Part shown: positions 40,201-52,915 of the stretch, one piece after another
Position numbering within the stretch: position 1 is the first letter of the stretch
Layout of the letters: every line of letters starts with the position of its first letter
From: Lingula anatina
Taxonomy: Eukaryota; Animalia; Brachiopoda
Assembly (NCBI GenBank): GCA_051362555.1
Contig: CM120646.1
Location: forward strand, 18,042,001-18,106,000
Direction of reading: 5' to 3'
DNA: 64,000 nucleotides
Made by a program: the position numbers and the translations under genes
Notes under the pieces: generated by a model
What the model saw: the letters and a program-made list of their open reading frames with translations, nothing else
The model's database searches: none
What the model was told of the DNA's origin: nothing

Positions 40201-41542
40201 CGGGTTTTTTTTGCTTATGTTTATAACGCTGTCAATTAAGTTAACTACAAAAAAAGTTTGACGTTAAAGATATAGTTCATTTTAACTAGCAGCAATTACT
40301 AACTGTCACGCTTGCCAAAACAAGATGTATACATCTTGTTTTAATGTTCTTACAAACAAATAAGCTTATAAGCTTATTTGTAACAACTAGTATTTAGTTC
40401 CTGCTACAAGTGGTGAACACAAATACCAAACAATGTACACGGGTATATTGACTCTCTCCTTATCTGTTTCACAACAGAATGCTCTTTATGTCAGCTTTCC
40501 AGTCTACATGCGACGTCCCCACGTTTCTAGAAAATATCAAATTATTCATGAAAAGTTCTCAAACAAAAACAATTTTTTCCAGCACAAAATGCAGCTAGAC
40601 TTTTATTAAAGCAAGGTCGGTCTCTCTGTTCCACTAAACAGTCTTTTCCTGAGTACCATATAAACTTAGCCACTGCCATGCACTACTTCACATCTGTAAT
40701 AAATTAAACTGTACTCACATACACAAATCTTGTTGTTGCCTGCACCCTTGGACATATGGGCCTATGTCCACGTTGCACCTAATCTTGTTTCAACAACCTC
40801 GTTTTTTGCATGTCCAGTACATGTATGCACGACCTAGAGCCTGTAACAGATGTTCCCTTTCCTATTCATCTTCGGAATTAAAAAAAAAATTCTATCAATT
40901 TTTTAAAATGTGGTGGTAGTGCACCTTGGTACACAGCAAGCTTCACCATTTTGCTTTTGCGGTGTATCACCGGGGTTTAACCGAGTCAGAGATAAACAGT
41001 TGCCTGCCAGGACAATCCAGCCCAAATATTAACCACCAAAATTTAGCCATCATATATGCCAGCAATGCAACGCCAACAGTTATTAGTGCAATTGACACCT
41101 TCCTTGATAAATTAAATTGATTACTATTAACTTTCTCTAGATAGATCATATCTCCCACAAAACATAAAGATTATTCATAAAAACAGGGGTTCAGCAACCA
41201 TGCAGTGTATCTATTTGTTTTAACAAACATTAAAATGTTTAGTTCAAATAGAAGAAATCTTTATTTTTTATTCAAAACAGCAGTAATATGCAGATCAGAG
41301 TATTTGCAATGAACAGAAGTACATGGCTTTTAAAGGACATAAAAGTAAGCATAGTAAATAAAAAACGCCTTGTTCGTTATGTTGCAGCAGCACAAGGTGG
41401 AGTCCAGCCTGTACCCGTAGAAGATAGCAACGCACCAGGCAGTCCAGGAACCGCGCCCTCATACATGGATCAAAACAACCCGGAGACATTGCATGAAGAC
41501 GCCGAAAATAACTTGAATAAGCATGGTGGCGATCGGGCTTAG
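37210..41542 (+). CDS. TNF-receptor-superfamily-like single-pass protein, paralogue 2 (5' partial; start exon not resolved), at least 207 aa
   Basis: Exons 37210-37301, 37863-38032, 38317-38412, 39475-39585, 41388-41542 (624 nt, phases consistent). Ectodomain CKPYHAINPNTGRCESCINCC.. has the same Cys spacing and the same phase-2 intron as paralogue 1. TM LSLAIVAVIVFGVLAAIIILL followed by RIIKRCKKK; tail motif PVPVEDS. Confidence 0.78.
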
Positions 41543-43607
41543 AGGTGCAAATGCAGGCTTTTAGTAACTTAGTATGACTGGTGTGACAGGAATGGTAGTC
41601 CTGGGAATGGAAGTCTGGGGTCCTGTATGATTAGTAAAGGTTAGGGTTATAGTTGGAATAGTAGGGTTAGTATATGGAACGAATGTCTCCAGCACGAAGT
41701 AATGGAAAACGGACTACGGTTCCTAGCGGATTACCATTTCTGTGTTTTATCTTTAAAGTGGATACAGTTTGCTACTTTCATCCACGGAATGAGAGTTTAA
41801 CGATCCCTCTATACGTTTTTTACTAACCAGTATTACATTTGGCACTGGTACTTATGCATATGCAGTTGTTTGAACTTGCTATTTTAGTAGATTGCAAAAA
41901 TCAGTGTGATGAAATTGTTTAATTCAAATACTGCAATGCAATGGTATAAAATTTTCAGTGTATTATGAAAAAAAAATTCTAACTTAGGAGAGTAGATTTG
42001 TAAACCATTATACATTTCCTTAGAACTCGTGACACTTCATCTGTGAACCATGCATTCACTAAGAACAAAAATTTATTAGATGACATGACACACAAGTCGC
42101 AATAAATGCCTCTGGGGTCACATGACTTTAACTGGTCAATTTAAAAGTAAGCTATTTTGTCCACGTTATACATGTAATTCTAATTAAAATGTGAATATAA
42201 GTGATGATATGGAGATAGGGATCTGTGATCAAGACGACATGATCAAAATCAAAGAGGTTGTGGCAAAGCAATTAAAGGGACGATAAGTTTATGGAAGGGT
42301 TATATGGTTATATGAGTGAAGTTATTAGTTTACTTATATTGTTTTGTTGTAACACCTATGTCCCCTAGATATGTTCAATGTAGAATGTTTATGCCTAGCC
42401 TTGTCTTTTGTGATGGTTTAATTTTAAAGTGTTCAGGAACAATGTGACTGCTAGTGGTTTATTTTTGATTTTTTAAATTCATTTTGATTACATTTTTATA
42501 CTACTGGAGATGGCCAAAGGTGTCGAATTTCCTCATATTTGTACTCTTATTTCTGATTTTAATGGTGTAACATATGTCTGAAATGGTCTAGATGTCTAGA
42601 TAAATTATATGGTCTTAATCATAATAGAACCTGTCTTAACAATGACTGACTGTGCATTTTTAAAAATCCTAAAAGATCACAATGGGGAGGGGGGGGGGGG
42701 AAGGGGGGGGGCGTGTGAGAAAATCGATTGAACACCTACATGTAACTAGAAGACAATCCCAAAATAGTCGTACTTATTCCGGGAAACATAGTTTTTGATC
42801 TTAAAAGTAGAGTCAGTCCCTGTTAAGATCATTTCTATAATGATGAAGACCATGTATTTTTAAGATCATTTGTGATCTGAAATTGCAGAAACAAACCATC
42901 CTGGCGCAATAGTGAACTGAGCGACCAATAGCAGGGGATATCTGTATTATTTTGATGTACCAGTACATAAGGCAGTCGTGTGTGTGTGTGTGTGTGTGTG
43001 TTTGTGTGTGTATAAGCCACACATACACTTAACTGCAGATAACCACACATTCATATAACTACACATAATTTGTGGCCTCAATATATACATGGTCATACAA
43101 TCTTATGGCACTGTGTAGTGTAGGTGGATGTGTGTGTGTGTTTATGTTTTTGTTTTGACAATAATATAAATCGAGCTTTTTCACATTGAGTGGCATACTT
43201 ACTGGACTACTCCTATTTGACAGATTTCAACTTTTAGGAGGCGGGAGGCTCTGACGATCGAGGTGCACTGATATGTAGGTGACTCTTACCGAATCGGGGT
43301 CATGTCGATACTCCCCCGCACCGATAATCCCCCACAGTATTTTTTTGTATTATGCGCATCGATATGACCCCACACCGATAGATCCCCGCACAGTATCGAT
43401 GCGGGGAAGCAATGATGTGGGGGAGTATTGGATCGGGGGAGTATCGGTGCGGGGACGTATACGGATGTAACCAGCGAATCCTCGGTTTCACTCTTTCACA
43501 AGTTCCCCAAAATTTCGCACCCAGTTGTTTAATTATGTTAATAAGTTGATCATGCTGTTAAGGTTATTCTCTTAGGTGACGGACTAACTATTAAGCTGTC
43601 AATCTTA

Positions 43608-43832
43608 GACCCCATTTTCATAGATTTTAGAACGATCTATCCCTGTGGGGAGTCTCACTTGATTACTGTCAGCTTAGCCGGCTTAAGCGTCTGTCCCGCC
43701 TACTGAAAGCTGTAAGAGGGTAATTAACTATGGTGCGCGCTCGACTGACTGCAATTTAGCGTGAACCCCCAGGGAGTTAGGTCGATCTAAATCTTAATCT
43801 CTGGGTCGATCTAAATCTCTGGGAATACACCC
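43608..43832. mobile_element. Palindromic PIF/Harbinger-type MITE, TTA duplication (subtype A, reverse of 52438-52662)
   Basis: TTA|gaccccattttcata ... tctgggaatacaccc|TTA; near-identical reverse complement of 52438-52662. Confidence 0.88.
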
Positions 43833-44434
43833 TTAGGACCAGTCCAGTTAACTATTCGGCTTAGTGTGCAAGATGCCCAAGTATATAATGTCACTGGACA
43901 ACTTGATTAGTTTAAATGATGTTAAATTAATAGTTGTACTTAAATTTCTGCAACATGTAACTTTCGATAGTGACATATCAATTGAAAAGCATAATTAATT
44001 GGAGAGACTGATATTGTTTTACTTCAAAGTCACTTGTGTCAAAGAAATTGCAAGCTTATCCTTTAATGTGACTTTTCAAATATTTTTGTCAGAACTTGCA
44101 CTGGGTCATAAAATACAGATATCCTCTGCTATGCCCTAAGGGCTTGTACATATATTATTTCGGGTAAAGAGGTCAAGGCCTTAACACTCATTCTATCTCA
44201 TGCGATGGGATTAATGACAGTATAGAACCTTCTCAGCATGCAAATGGATATTTCTCTTATTAATATTTTTGACTGTGAAGTAGTCCCATATTTTTAAAAA
44301 GCATATTTCTGTGATTACAACCTACAATGTCTATGACTTCAAAGCCACATTCCATTTGCCACATTCATACAAAGCCACATTCCAGACTATTTTACTTGAC
44401 TTATATTTTTTCATGATATTATCTGCTTAGAATT

Positions 44435-44440
44435 AATAAA
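44435..44440 (+). terminator. Probable polyadenylation signal of TNFR-like paralogue 2
   Basis: AATAAA in a block homologous to 26055-26075. Confidence 0.5.
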
Positions 44441-44630
44441 ATTTCGTAGATGCGAGCTGTTTCTTAGTTTGCTATTACTTTGTTTCAAGCATGCCAAAGC
44501 ATGCAATGAGATTTTTAAAGAGAAATCGATGTCTTATTTTCTAAGCAAACTACGAAAATGTCCCCTTTTGTAATAAAAGTTAATGGGTACGACTTGTTTT
44601 ATTTGCAGATCACGCCAATGCCTTATTATA

Positions 44631-46293
44631 CAGACTTGACATTTAATATGGAATATTTCAGTTTCGAAGGTATACCTAGGTAAAAATGCGTTCTTTTTTC
44701 AAAAAACTCCGATCTCATATAAGATTTGTGAATGGAGAACTGTGTAGTCAGGTGTGTTGCTACCAATTAACTGACTTTCATGTCTGTTGCGCTGCTACAT
44801 GATGTAATATGCAGTGATTTAATTGGGTAGTGTTCCTTTGGGCTGGTCAAAGCTTGGCTTAGGCAAAGCTTGGTTCTGTCAAAAAAGTATCCATATGTCG
44901 ACAACTACTGCATAGAAGAATTTGAAATTTTGCATGCAAGCGGTCAGTTTTGCAGTGCGGAAGATGAGTCAAGTAGTGCATTACAAATGTTTTAATCTAT
45001 GGCAGAATGGCGCAAAAAAGACAGACATTACCAGACAGATCATAGCGCCAAACAGAACGGTCCCCACAGTTTTATAGAGTGATGACCAGACTGATGTACC
45101 TACACAGAGGTCACCCCCAGTGTATCAAAATCATACCTACAGGGTACAGGACCCACTGTCTTTCGGGATACGCTGCTGCAACCAAACAAAAAACACTTAG
45201 TCCGTTCAGAACGAGGGGTAAATTGCCACCAAAATGCGTTTTTCAAAGCCCTTAGCGAACACCAAACTGGGTTAAGCAGGTAAAAACACCAAACGACCTC
45301 CGAGGCACCTACTGCAAACAGCAAAACATCGTCGTCTGTTTCTCTAATGAATTGGGGGCCATGACCGTTTCTGGGTAGAACACTGAAACTGCATGGCTTT
45401 CTTTATTGAGGTCAGATTTCACCTGTACCGCCCAATTAGTCAAAACAGAGTTTACAGATATCCAGAAGAGGCCTACGACGAAGCATATGCCGGGTCTTAA
45501 GTGAAAAGGGTGATTGGCAGCGTCAGTATTTGGAGTGGATACCACATTGGTGCCAAAACACCAATGGTAGTCATCGACGAAAACCTGAACCAGATCAAAT
45601 TAAGGAATAATCTCGGAACCACTTGACTATCATTTGATAGGGGGCACCTTAGGAACAATTTTAGGTTGCACGGGGGGGTTGCAGGTTCACACAGAGCACT
45701 TTAAATAGCAGATAACTTACAGAACCAAGGGAATGAGCAGTTACCCTGGTCATCAAAATCGCCACATTTGAACCACATAGACAATATTTCGGTAGGCCAT
45801 TACTCGACGAATCAACTGCCTACATGTCCTACAACAAAACTGGACCAGATTGGACACTTTTAGACCGATGCCTGGAATATTATTCCAGATTGAACTCTAA
45901 AAACCTACCCCAAGCAATGCCTTGCCGCTTGAGAGTGCTGGCAACAGCCAGAAGAGGCCAGGCGTAACAGCGACCATTACTGTGACTATAGCAACTGACA
46001 TGAGGGTCTTTTGTGGAGCGTATAACTCTTTTACAGACGATAATTTGGAAAATATGGAGATCCAAAATATCTCTTTTAATGGAAGTCGTATGGCATAGAA
46101 TAGGCAATGTGTTTTTGTTTGCTTCTCTGGCAAATTCCATTAATGAATTGATATCACGATGACATCAAAGAGATAATTTAAAGTTATTAAAACAAGATTT
46201 TAATCCTTATTTTCATTTATCAGTCAGCAAAATAGGAAAAAAACTGAATAAAAATTACTTAGAAAAAATATTCCATATTAAATGTCAAGTCTG
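44631..46293 (+). mobile_element. Tc1/mariner element, 1663 bp, perfect 28-bp TIRs, TA duplication, heavily decayed transposase
   Basis: TA|cagacttgacatttaatatggaatattt ... aaatattccatattaaatgtcaagtctg|TA. Remnant motifs GSVSIWSG..KTPMVVIDENLN (about 45516-45590) and LPWSSKSPHLNHIDNI (45741-45788), equivalent to the Tc1 WPxxSPDLNPIEN motif. Confidence 0.88.
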
Positions 46294-46992
46294 TAGTAAT
46301 GATCCTTAAAGTATTTTTTTGTTTGTTTTTGATTTTTTTTTTTTGGGGGGGGGGGTGATTTCTGAAATTCGTAGTTAATATGATACATAATAAAAAGGGG
46401 TAAAAGTACAGTCATAAAGGCACTGGGATAATTAAGAGTGAACGGCACAGTCACCGCTGTTGCGAATGCGGAAGACCAAATTAGCATTATGCAGACGATT
46501 CAAAGGACAGTACCAGTAGATAACAAACTGTCTTGTTTGTGTTGTAAGGAAGCGTTGACAAAACTAAATAAGTAATTCCTGAATTAATAAAGACACCAAC
46601 AAATTCCATGCGGGCACTCGTTTGTACGTACAAATGTTTGATGGTGGTCTTGTCCTCTTGTATGAGCAGAGCTTAAAGGCACCGTGTAAAGTTATTTTGC
46701 AATCCGTATTAAATATATGCCAATTTTTAGGATTTTTAAATATAATTTAACAATTACCTGTAGGATCGATAATGGACAGTTCTTCATGGTGCCTAGTTGA
46801 ACTGTTCTCAAGAGGGGTGACGCCGGTGGCGATGATGATATCGATTAGTTACATTTATTTAGCAGTGAAAAGTTGTGTAACAATAATAGTGGTGATACTT
46901 TATTTATAATTTCAACAGAAATTGGACGTCAAACGACTTTGTATCGTGCAGAGTCATTTCTTTACTGGACTAGGTGACACTTGTTTGAAAAC

Positions 46993-47677
46993 ATGTCGTA
47001 TCCATCAGATGATAAGGTATGTTTCAGTTTTCATTATGCATTTCTACACAAATAGTTATATTTTCTAAACAAGTACTTGTTGTAAGAGAGACCAAATTTT
47101 GGATAAACAGTATTATTGGTTATATGATTTGGTCATTGTTAAAGAAAATTTGTCTCAGAACCACAGTTACCTGATGAACAGATATATCACCTGACATAAT
47201 TAGATGAGACAGGTAGGACAGTTGTCGGCAGCCTATATGTACTGGTATGCACCATTCAAAAGTATAAAAACAGTCCGTGCCTATGCTTTGGTGCCCGACA
47301 TACATGTATATTGGGTCCTATACCAAATACCACGTCTCGATAAAAGTACCTGATGATCATGCTGGGGTGAGATCTGTTGAAAAGATCCCGAGACACACAT
47401 CAGAACGCAAATATTACTTGTCGATTTTTAACCTTAACTCCGTTATGAAATTGTTTTAGAGAAGACCGAGTGCAACTGTAACAATTTACATGTTAATGTG
47501 AGGAGAAAATCTTTGGGAAATAAGTCGAGCAGCTTGGATTTTTAATCTTTTACAGATACTCATATATTAACATCTATGATTGTATCCCTTTTTGTCTTTT
47601 TATAGCCGTCCTTCCATTTTGGGACTGAAAAGATTCGAATTTTTGAGCAATGGATGACCGATCCGGAATGGCGTTAG

Positions 47678-47708
<31 letters not shown>

Positions 47709-47931
47709 CCAGACTAGTATTGGATATACACGTAGAAAAATATATCATATTATATTATTTTATACTAATTCTTTCTCTTTCTCGCTTTCTTTCACTTAAA
47801 TGTGTTTGTATCATACGTTTAAGTAGTATTTCAATAACATTTTGGTTTGAATAATAGCACGGATAAATGTACATGTACTTTGTGTGGCCATATAGTCATT
47901 TTAAAATGCCCTAGTGGTAGTACAGTAATAA

Positions 47932-47997
<66 letters not shown>

Positions 47998-50038
47998 TAA
48001 ATTGCAATAGCAGAACAAGAATTTTACTTTTTTGTTTACTTTTTAACACGTGGCGTTTGTGTTACAGACTTCATGGCGACATGTTTGGCTGTGTTCACAT
48101 TCTCTTTCCTTTACGAGGGACTAAAAGCATTGAATCTCTGCGTCCAGTATGCTAAGCTCGACCACCTAAAACAGCGCAGTGACCCGCCCCTGTACGCCGA
48201 GCAAAATGGCTATGGAACAGTACCCAGACGGCACGGGGAAGACATGGATATGGAGTAAGAGTGCAATTACTGTTTATTGGTAGTTCATCTTCACTCATTT
48301 TAATATGTGAATATTCGATTAGCACAATATATTTTTAACGGCTGTCATTACAAAGTAACTGATACTAAAAGTTACCGGGGGAACGCGCCACTTCGGGACA
48401 ACGTGACAGCCACTTTATAACGCCATAGCAACGTGCACGTGATGGCCACGTGGTCTCAACGCCACGTGATTAATAGGTTCCAGCATTGGCTTGGTCCAGG
48501 CATGGACATAATCTCTCATTATGTCCATGGTCCAGGGGAAAGGGACAGCTCATTTTGAATTATGAAAATAAATGAATTCTCGGAAAGACTGTAGATAGTG
48601 AAATTCTTAAAAACACATAACTTATTAAGTAACGCAACACTTCATTCGTTTGGATTTGTTGTCTACCTACTCCCCTTTCCACCTCTTTTAAAAAAATTTA
48701 AAAACATTTCCGAGATTATTACAAGGTTATTGGGGTGGGGGGGGGGGGGGGGAGGGGGGGCAGGAGAGTAGGATCGAAGTTTGAAAAGTCAGAGAAAATA
48801 TCACTTACCCCCGGAAATTTAAGAATGTTTTTCGTGGGGAAATAAAGCACAGGTAACGGGAATTTGAGGTGGTCCCTTCAATCTCTCTTCAGTGGCATGT
48901 CTTACAAATCGGCGAAATAGGCTGTCAGCTTCATACAAAAAGAAAGCCCTTTTATCTTTTCTTACGTACAGGATTAGAACCGCACTTCACAAAAGAAATG
49001 TTTTCAGCAACACAAATTAAGCGCCAATGTAGAAGGATTAAAATATGCCGGCGGACGAGTTTTCAACCGCTCTTTTTGTCAAACCTCATTTGGTGACTTT
49101 AAAAATCGAGCAGGCCTAGAGAAACTGTGTAATCAACCAGGGGGGGGGGGGGTATGAACAGTGTAATGAGAAAAAAAGAAACGTGGCATATTGACAGAAT
49201 GGCATTTATAGTATGGTATTAGTACTTCAACGTGGTGAAGGAAATGGTGACATCCCTCATAACTCCTCAATACATTCCCCGTGTAACCTTATGTTGAATA
49301 CCTTAAAGGGGCAACAACTGTTCGCATGAGATCCATATTTCACATTAAAAACACTGTAAACAACTCATAGAAGTTTAATGAATTACATTTTTCCACCAAA
49401 AAAAGCGGTTGTCGCAATAATTCTGGAAACTGTGCTTGCCATCAGACCACGTGGACCTTAACAGGTGGCTGTACCTCCATAATAATCTCTTTAAAACTAA
49501 AAAAACATAGACTAACTTTGAATGTCAGAATGGATTCATTAACCATTGTTAAGGATGGCAAATCAGTTTTTTTAGCCAAATCGAACAGTTGTTATCCCTT
49601 TAATTTTAAAGACTTTACAAGTTACCTGAAGCTTAAAATATACGGCAGGCCCGTAGCCAGGGGGGGGGGGGAGGTTCGGGGGGTTCGAAAGAACCCTCCC
49701 TTTTTTCAGGGAAAAGGTCCCCTCTAGGTGAAATTTAATTAAGGTACATGAAAGTTTCATGGTAAAAGGTCCATATATTACGCTTTTATTCGTCATGTCG
49801 TTCCACCATATACTTTTCTGTATCCTCACGCAGGTCAAGTTGTGGTAGCTACTGCTGCCTGCACGTGCTCCATGCGCTGCTATACGCCCTCCAAGTCTTT
49901 GCTGCTCTGCTAATGGTGCTGATATTCCTGACGCTGAACCTGTGGCTATGTATTATGCTGTGTGCGGGCGCCGCTATGGGGGTTCTTATCTTCAGTCCCT
50001 ATCCAGCGAGGAGACTTCTGTCCATAAACTGCATGTAG
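46993..50038 (+). CDS. Ctr/SLC31 copper-transporter family protein, atypical (no MxxxM), 160 aa, 4 coding exons
   Basis: Exons 46993-47016, 47606-47672, 48068-48254, 49834-50038 (483 nt, GT-AG, in phase). SFHFG..IFEQW, CLAVFTFSFLYEGLK, HVLHALLYALQV..LIFLTLNLWLC..GAAMG align with the CTR1 TFYFG, FYEGLK, HLLQTVLHIIQV..MLIFMTYNGYLC and GAGTG motifs. Confidence 0.88.
47932..47997. repeat. (ATT)22 microsatellite
   Basis: Seen directly; it produces the spurious poly-Tyr ORF. Confidence 0.95.
48494..48536. mobile_element. 29-bp palindromic insertion with a 7-bp target duplication (probable P-element-type excision footprint)
   Basis: GTCCAGG|CATGGACATAAT-CTCTC-ATTATGTCCATG|GTCCAGG. Confidence 0.6.
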
Positions 50039-50516
50039 AGATTATTTCCATTACGATTTACAGTTTCCTTTGACGAACGAACTTAAAATTTTAATTAAAA
50101 TGTTTGTGAATATCTACAGTTACTGTGAAGGCAATCCTTTAAATTTGAAATATATATAAACGTTGTTGTAATTCTCTTAGGGTAAGGCTCGTGAGGGCAA
50201 GGCATGTATTGGTGACATTAATTATTATTGAAATAAAATAGATTATATATTTCAAAACTGTTCAAAACTTTCCAATTTTCACAATTCTCCCGCTCCCCAC
50301 TTAGTACCGCACTTCAACGTTATATCATAATGCAGTCTCTTTGACCTGAAACGGGTCTTTCGGTAGATGATTCCCTTTTCTATGAGTCTTCAAATCGTGC
50401 AGAATGCGAAGGTCGAATGAAATAGGTTAACTCTCCCCGTATTGGAAAGCACTCGCATGTGACATCTCATTTACGACTACTTGCGGACTAGTAGAAAGGT
50501 TTGGCAATATTCAGGG

Positions 50517-52364
50517 ATGGAGAGTGATCAGCGCCGTGGAAAAGAAAGTGGGGAAAATGAGGATGTGGTTGGGAAAGGCAGCGAGAAAAGCAATTTCAAG
50601 TCCGCAGCGGTAAGTTGTAAGAAAACTGTACATCCTATTGACAGGCAGAGCGACGCATTGCAAGTGTGCTTTACCACAATTCCGTCAACATGAAAGTGTT
50701 GTGTGAGATACATATATTTTGAAAATTATGCTTAGAGTCTTTGCTTGTTTTAGTCTACATACACAAGTCTACATACACTAGAGTACTTTTTGTTACTTGA
50801 TCACATTGATAGCGTAGTCGCCTTTGGATTAATGCATAGGACGCACCTGTGTAGTTACCGCTTACGCAGCAAACCGCGCTACATGTATGTCTCGAGAGAA
50901 AATTTCGAAAATTGCTTTGTCACTCCTTAGAATGAATTATGAACATTATATCTAGTTGCACATTACCTCTTACCTCGGGTTACGAATAAAATGATGACAA
51001 AATGATGCAATTCAAATGATGAAAATTGCAGAATGCGTATGCGTGAAATTTGCAATTTTGTAAGACATCCAAGACAACAGTAAATGCTATACATAAAATG
51101 TCATTATTCTCGGAGGTTCGTTACAGGCAAATGCAATCTTAGTCCCAAGTAAAAGTTAATGTACTGTAACGGGTTTAACAATACGGAATGTAACTCCTGT
51201 GGCACCGCAGAGAGAGCTGATATTTTCCTTTCTGATTCAAACGAAAAACTTGGCTGATTATGGAGATGTTCAGAAGACGCGGTCATATTAGGAACCTTTA
51301 TATGTCTGAAAAGAAAAAAAAATCCAATGTCAATCAGAAGTTACAACTTCTAGTAGAAAGAACCGCGAAGATTTATACATGTGTTACCATAAAATTAATC
51401 TGAAATTGCTTTTAGGATTTCTATGATGTAAATATTTTACAAAAAAAAAAAAAAAAAAAAAAAATCCTCCGAAATACTTGCACTTGTTATAAAACAGGTA
51501 CGCTGCTGTTGCACCAAAGTCAGAGAAAATTATTTGTTTTTGTGTTGTATTCAAAGAAAAAGTTTTGCGGCCTGCTAATTATTATTATTATTATATTCAT
51601 TTATTTATTTTTATTTATTTTGTCATTCTAGGCTATTGGACGCGAACAGCAGTGCTCCGAGGCTGGGCCGAAGACCAACATGCAGGGTGAGGGTTATGTA
51701 GACGCGCCGGTGAATTTCAGAGAAGACTCGGTGAGAGAGATATTATAAAATCGTTGTTGTTGAAAATCTCCAACTAGATATTTCTGTTGTAGAATAATCA
51801 TATCTCGTTCGCAGTTTGATAATGCGTCCAGTACATAGCAGTGAAAACACAATATATGAAGTTGTGCTAAATCCCATTAATACATGTAGGCCCAATATGA
51901 AATTGCTTCTTTATTGTGTATACGGAGTAATATTGTTCAGTGTGAAATATCGCATATTTATGGCAATGGAGAAAAGTTTTCTAATTTTTCTCGGACTTCA
52001 TTTTAGATCACCATTTTTCTCATTATGAAATCAAAGATTTCTTTCCCTAACTATACATGTAACTCATTGATCAAAGTATCAAATCTAACAGAAAACCAGG
52101 CCTTATTTTTCATAGAGGCAAAAGCACTCAGGCGAACGGAATAACATACAAATTAAACATCCTTAAATCAAAATCGGCCACCTATGTCTACATTACAGTG
52201 TCTTTTTTTTTCAGAACGCAGACGACGATAGTCCCGCAGAAATATGCCTTCAGTTGCTGCTTCTCCAGCAGCAGCAAGATTTATTGGAGTCTATGATAAA
52301 GTTGCAACAGGAGTTAAGGTTTATTGAAAAACAGCTGATATGGATTTTGCAAAACGCGCACTGA
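50517..52364 (+). CDS. Candidate 106-aa orphan protein (charged disordered N-terminus, Leu/Gln coiled-coil C-terminus), 3 exons
   Basis: Exons 50517-50609 (donor gtaagt), 51632-51709 (acceptor tgtcattctag, donor gtgaat) and 52215-52364 (acceptor poly-T cag), all phase 0 and open. No family recognised. Confidence 0.42.
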
Positions 52365-52437
52365 CTAGGGAGACTAGGGATAAAGACGATGGAAAGAAGG
52401 GACAGACGCAAACAATACATGCAAAACACGGGACTAA

Positions 52438-52662
52438 GGGTGTATTCCCAGAGATTTAGATAGATCCAGGGATTAAGATTTAGATCGACCTAACTCCCTG
52501 GGGGTTCACGCTAAATTGCAGTCAGCCGAGCGCACACCATAGTTAATTACCCCCTTACAGCTTTCAGTAGGCGGGACAGACGATTAAGCCGGCTAAGCTG
52601 ACAGTAATCAAGTGAGACTCCCCACAGGGATAGATCGATCTAAAATCTATGGAAATGGGGTC
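52438..52662. mobile_element. Palindromic PIF/Harbinger-type MITE subtype A
   Basis: TAA|gggtgtattcccagagattt ... aaatctatggaaatggggtc|TTA; matches 43608-43832. Confidence 0.88.
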
Positions 52663-52700
52663 TTAGATTGGGTTGTTAGATTTGATACTTTGGGGTCTTA

Positions 52701-52915
52701 GACCCCATTTCCAGAGATTAGATCGATCTACTTTAGATCAACCTAACTCCCTGGGGGTTCACGCTAAATAGCTGTCAGCCGGGCGGACACGAAAGGTAAT
52801 TACCCCCTTACAGCTTGTAGTAGGCGGGACGGACATTTAAGCCGGATTATATGACAGTAATCTAGTGAGACTCCCCGCGGGGATAGATCGATCTAAAAGC
52901 TCTGGGAATACAGCC
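52701..52915. mobile_element. Palindromic PIF/Harbinger-type MITE subtype B, in tandem with subtype A
   Basis: TTA|gaccccatttccagagatt ... ctctgggaatacagcc|TAA; matches 27199-27413. Confidence 0.88.

Noticed and set aside
41638-41671. TTAGGG telomere-like motifs
   Set aside because: Only one or two units, within a MITE-related fragment; not an interstitial telomere.
47847-48155. ORF with a long Tyr run
   Set aside because: (ATT)n microsatellite in the Ctr intron; the real exon is in another frame.
48430-48470. Three CACGTG E-boxes and an RFX-like motif in the Ctr intron
   Set aside because: Short motifs in a GC-rich patch that may be repeat-derived; no independent support.
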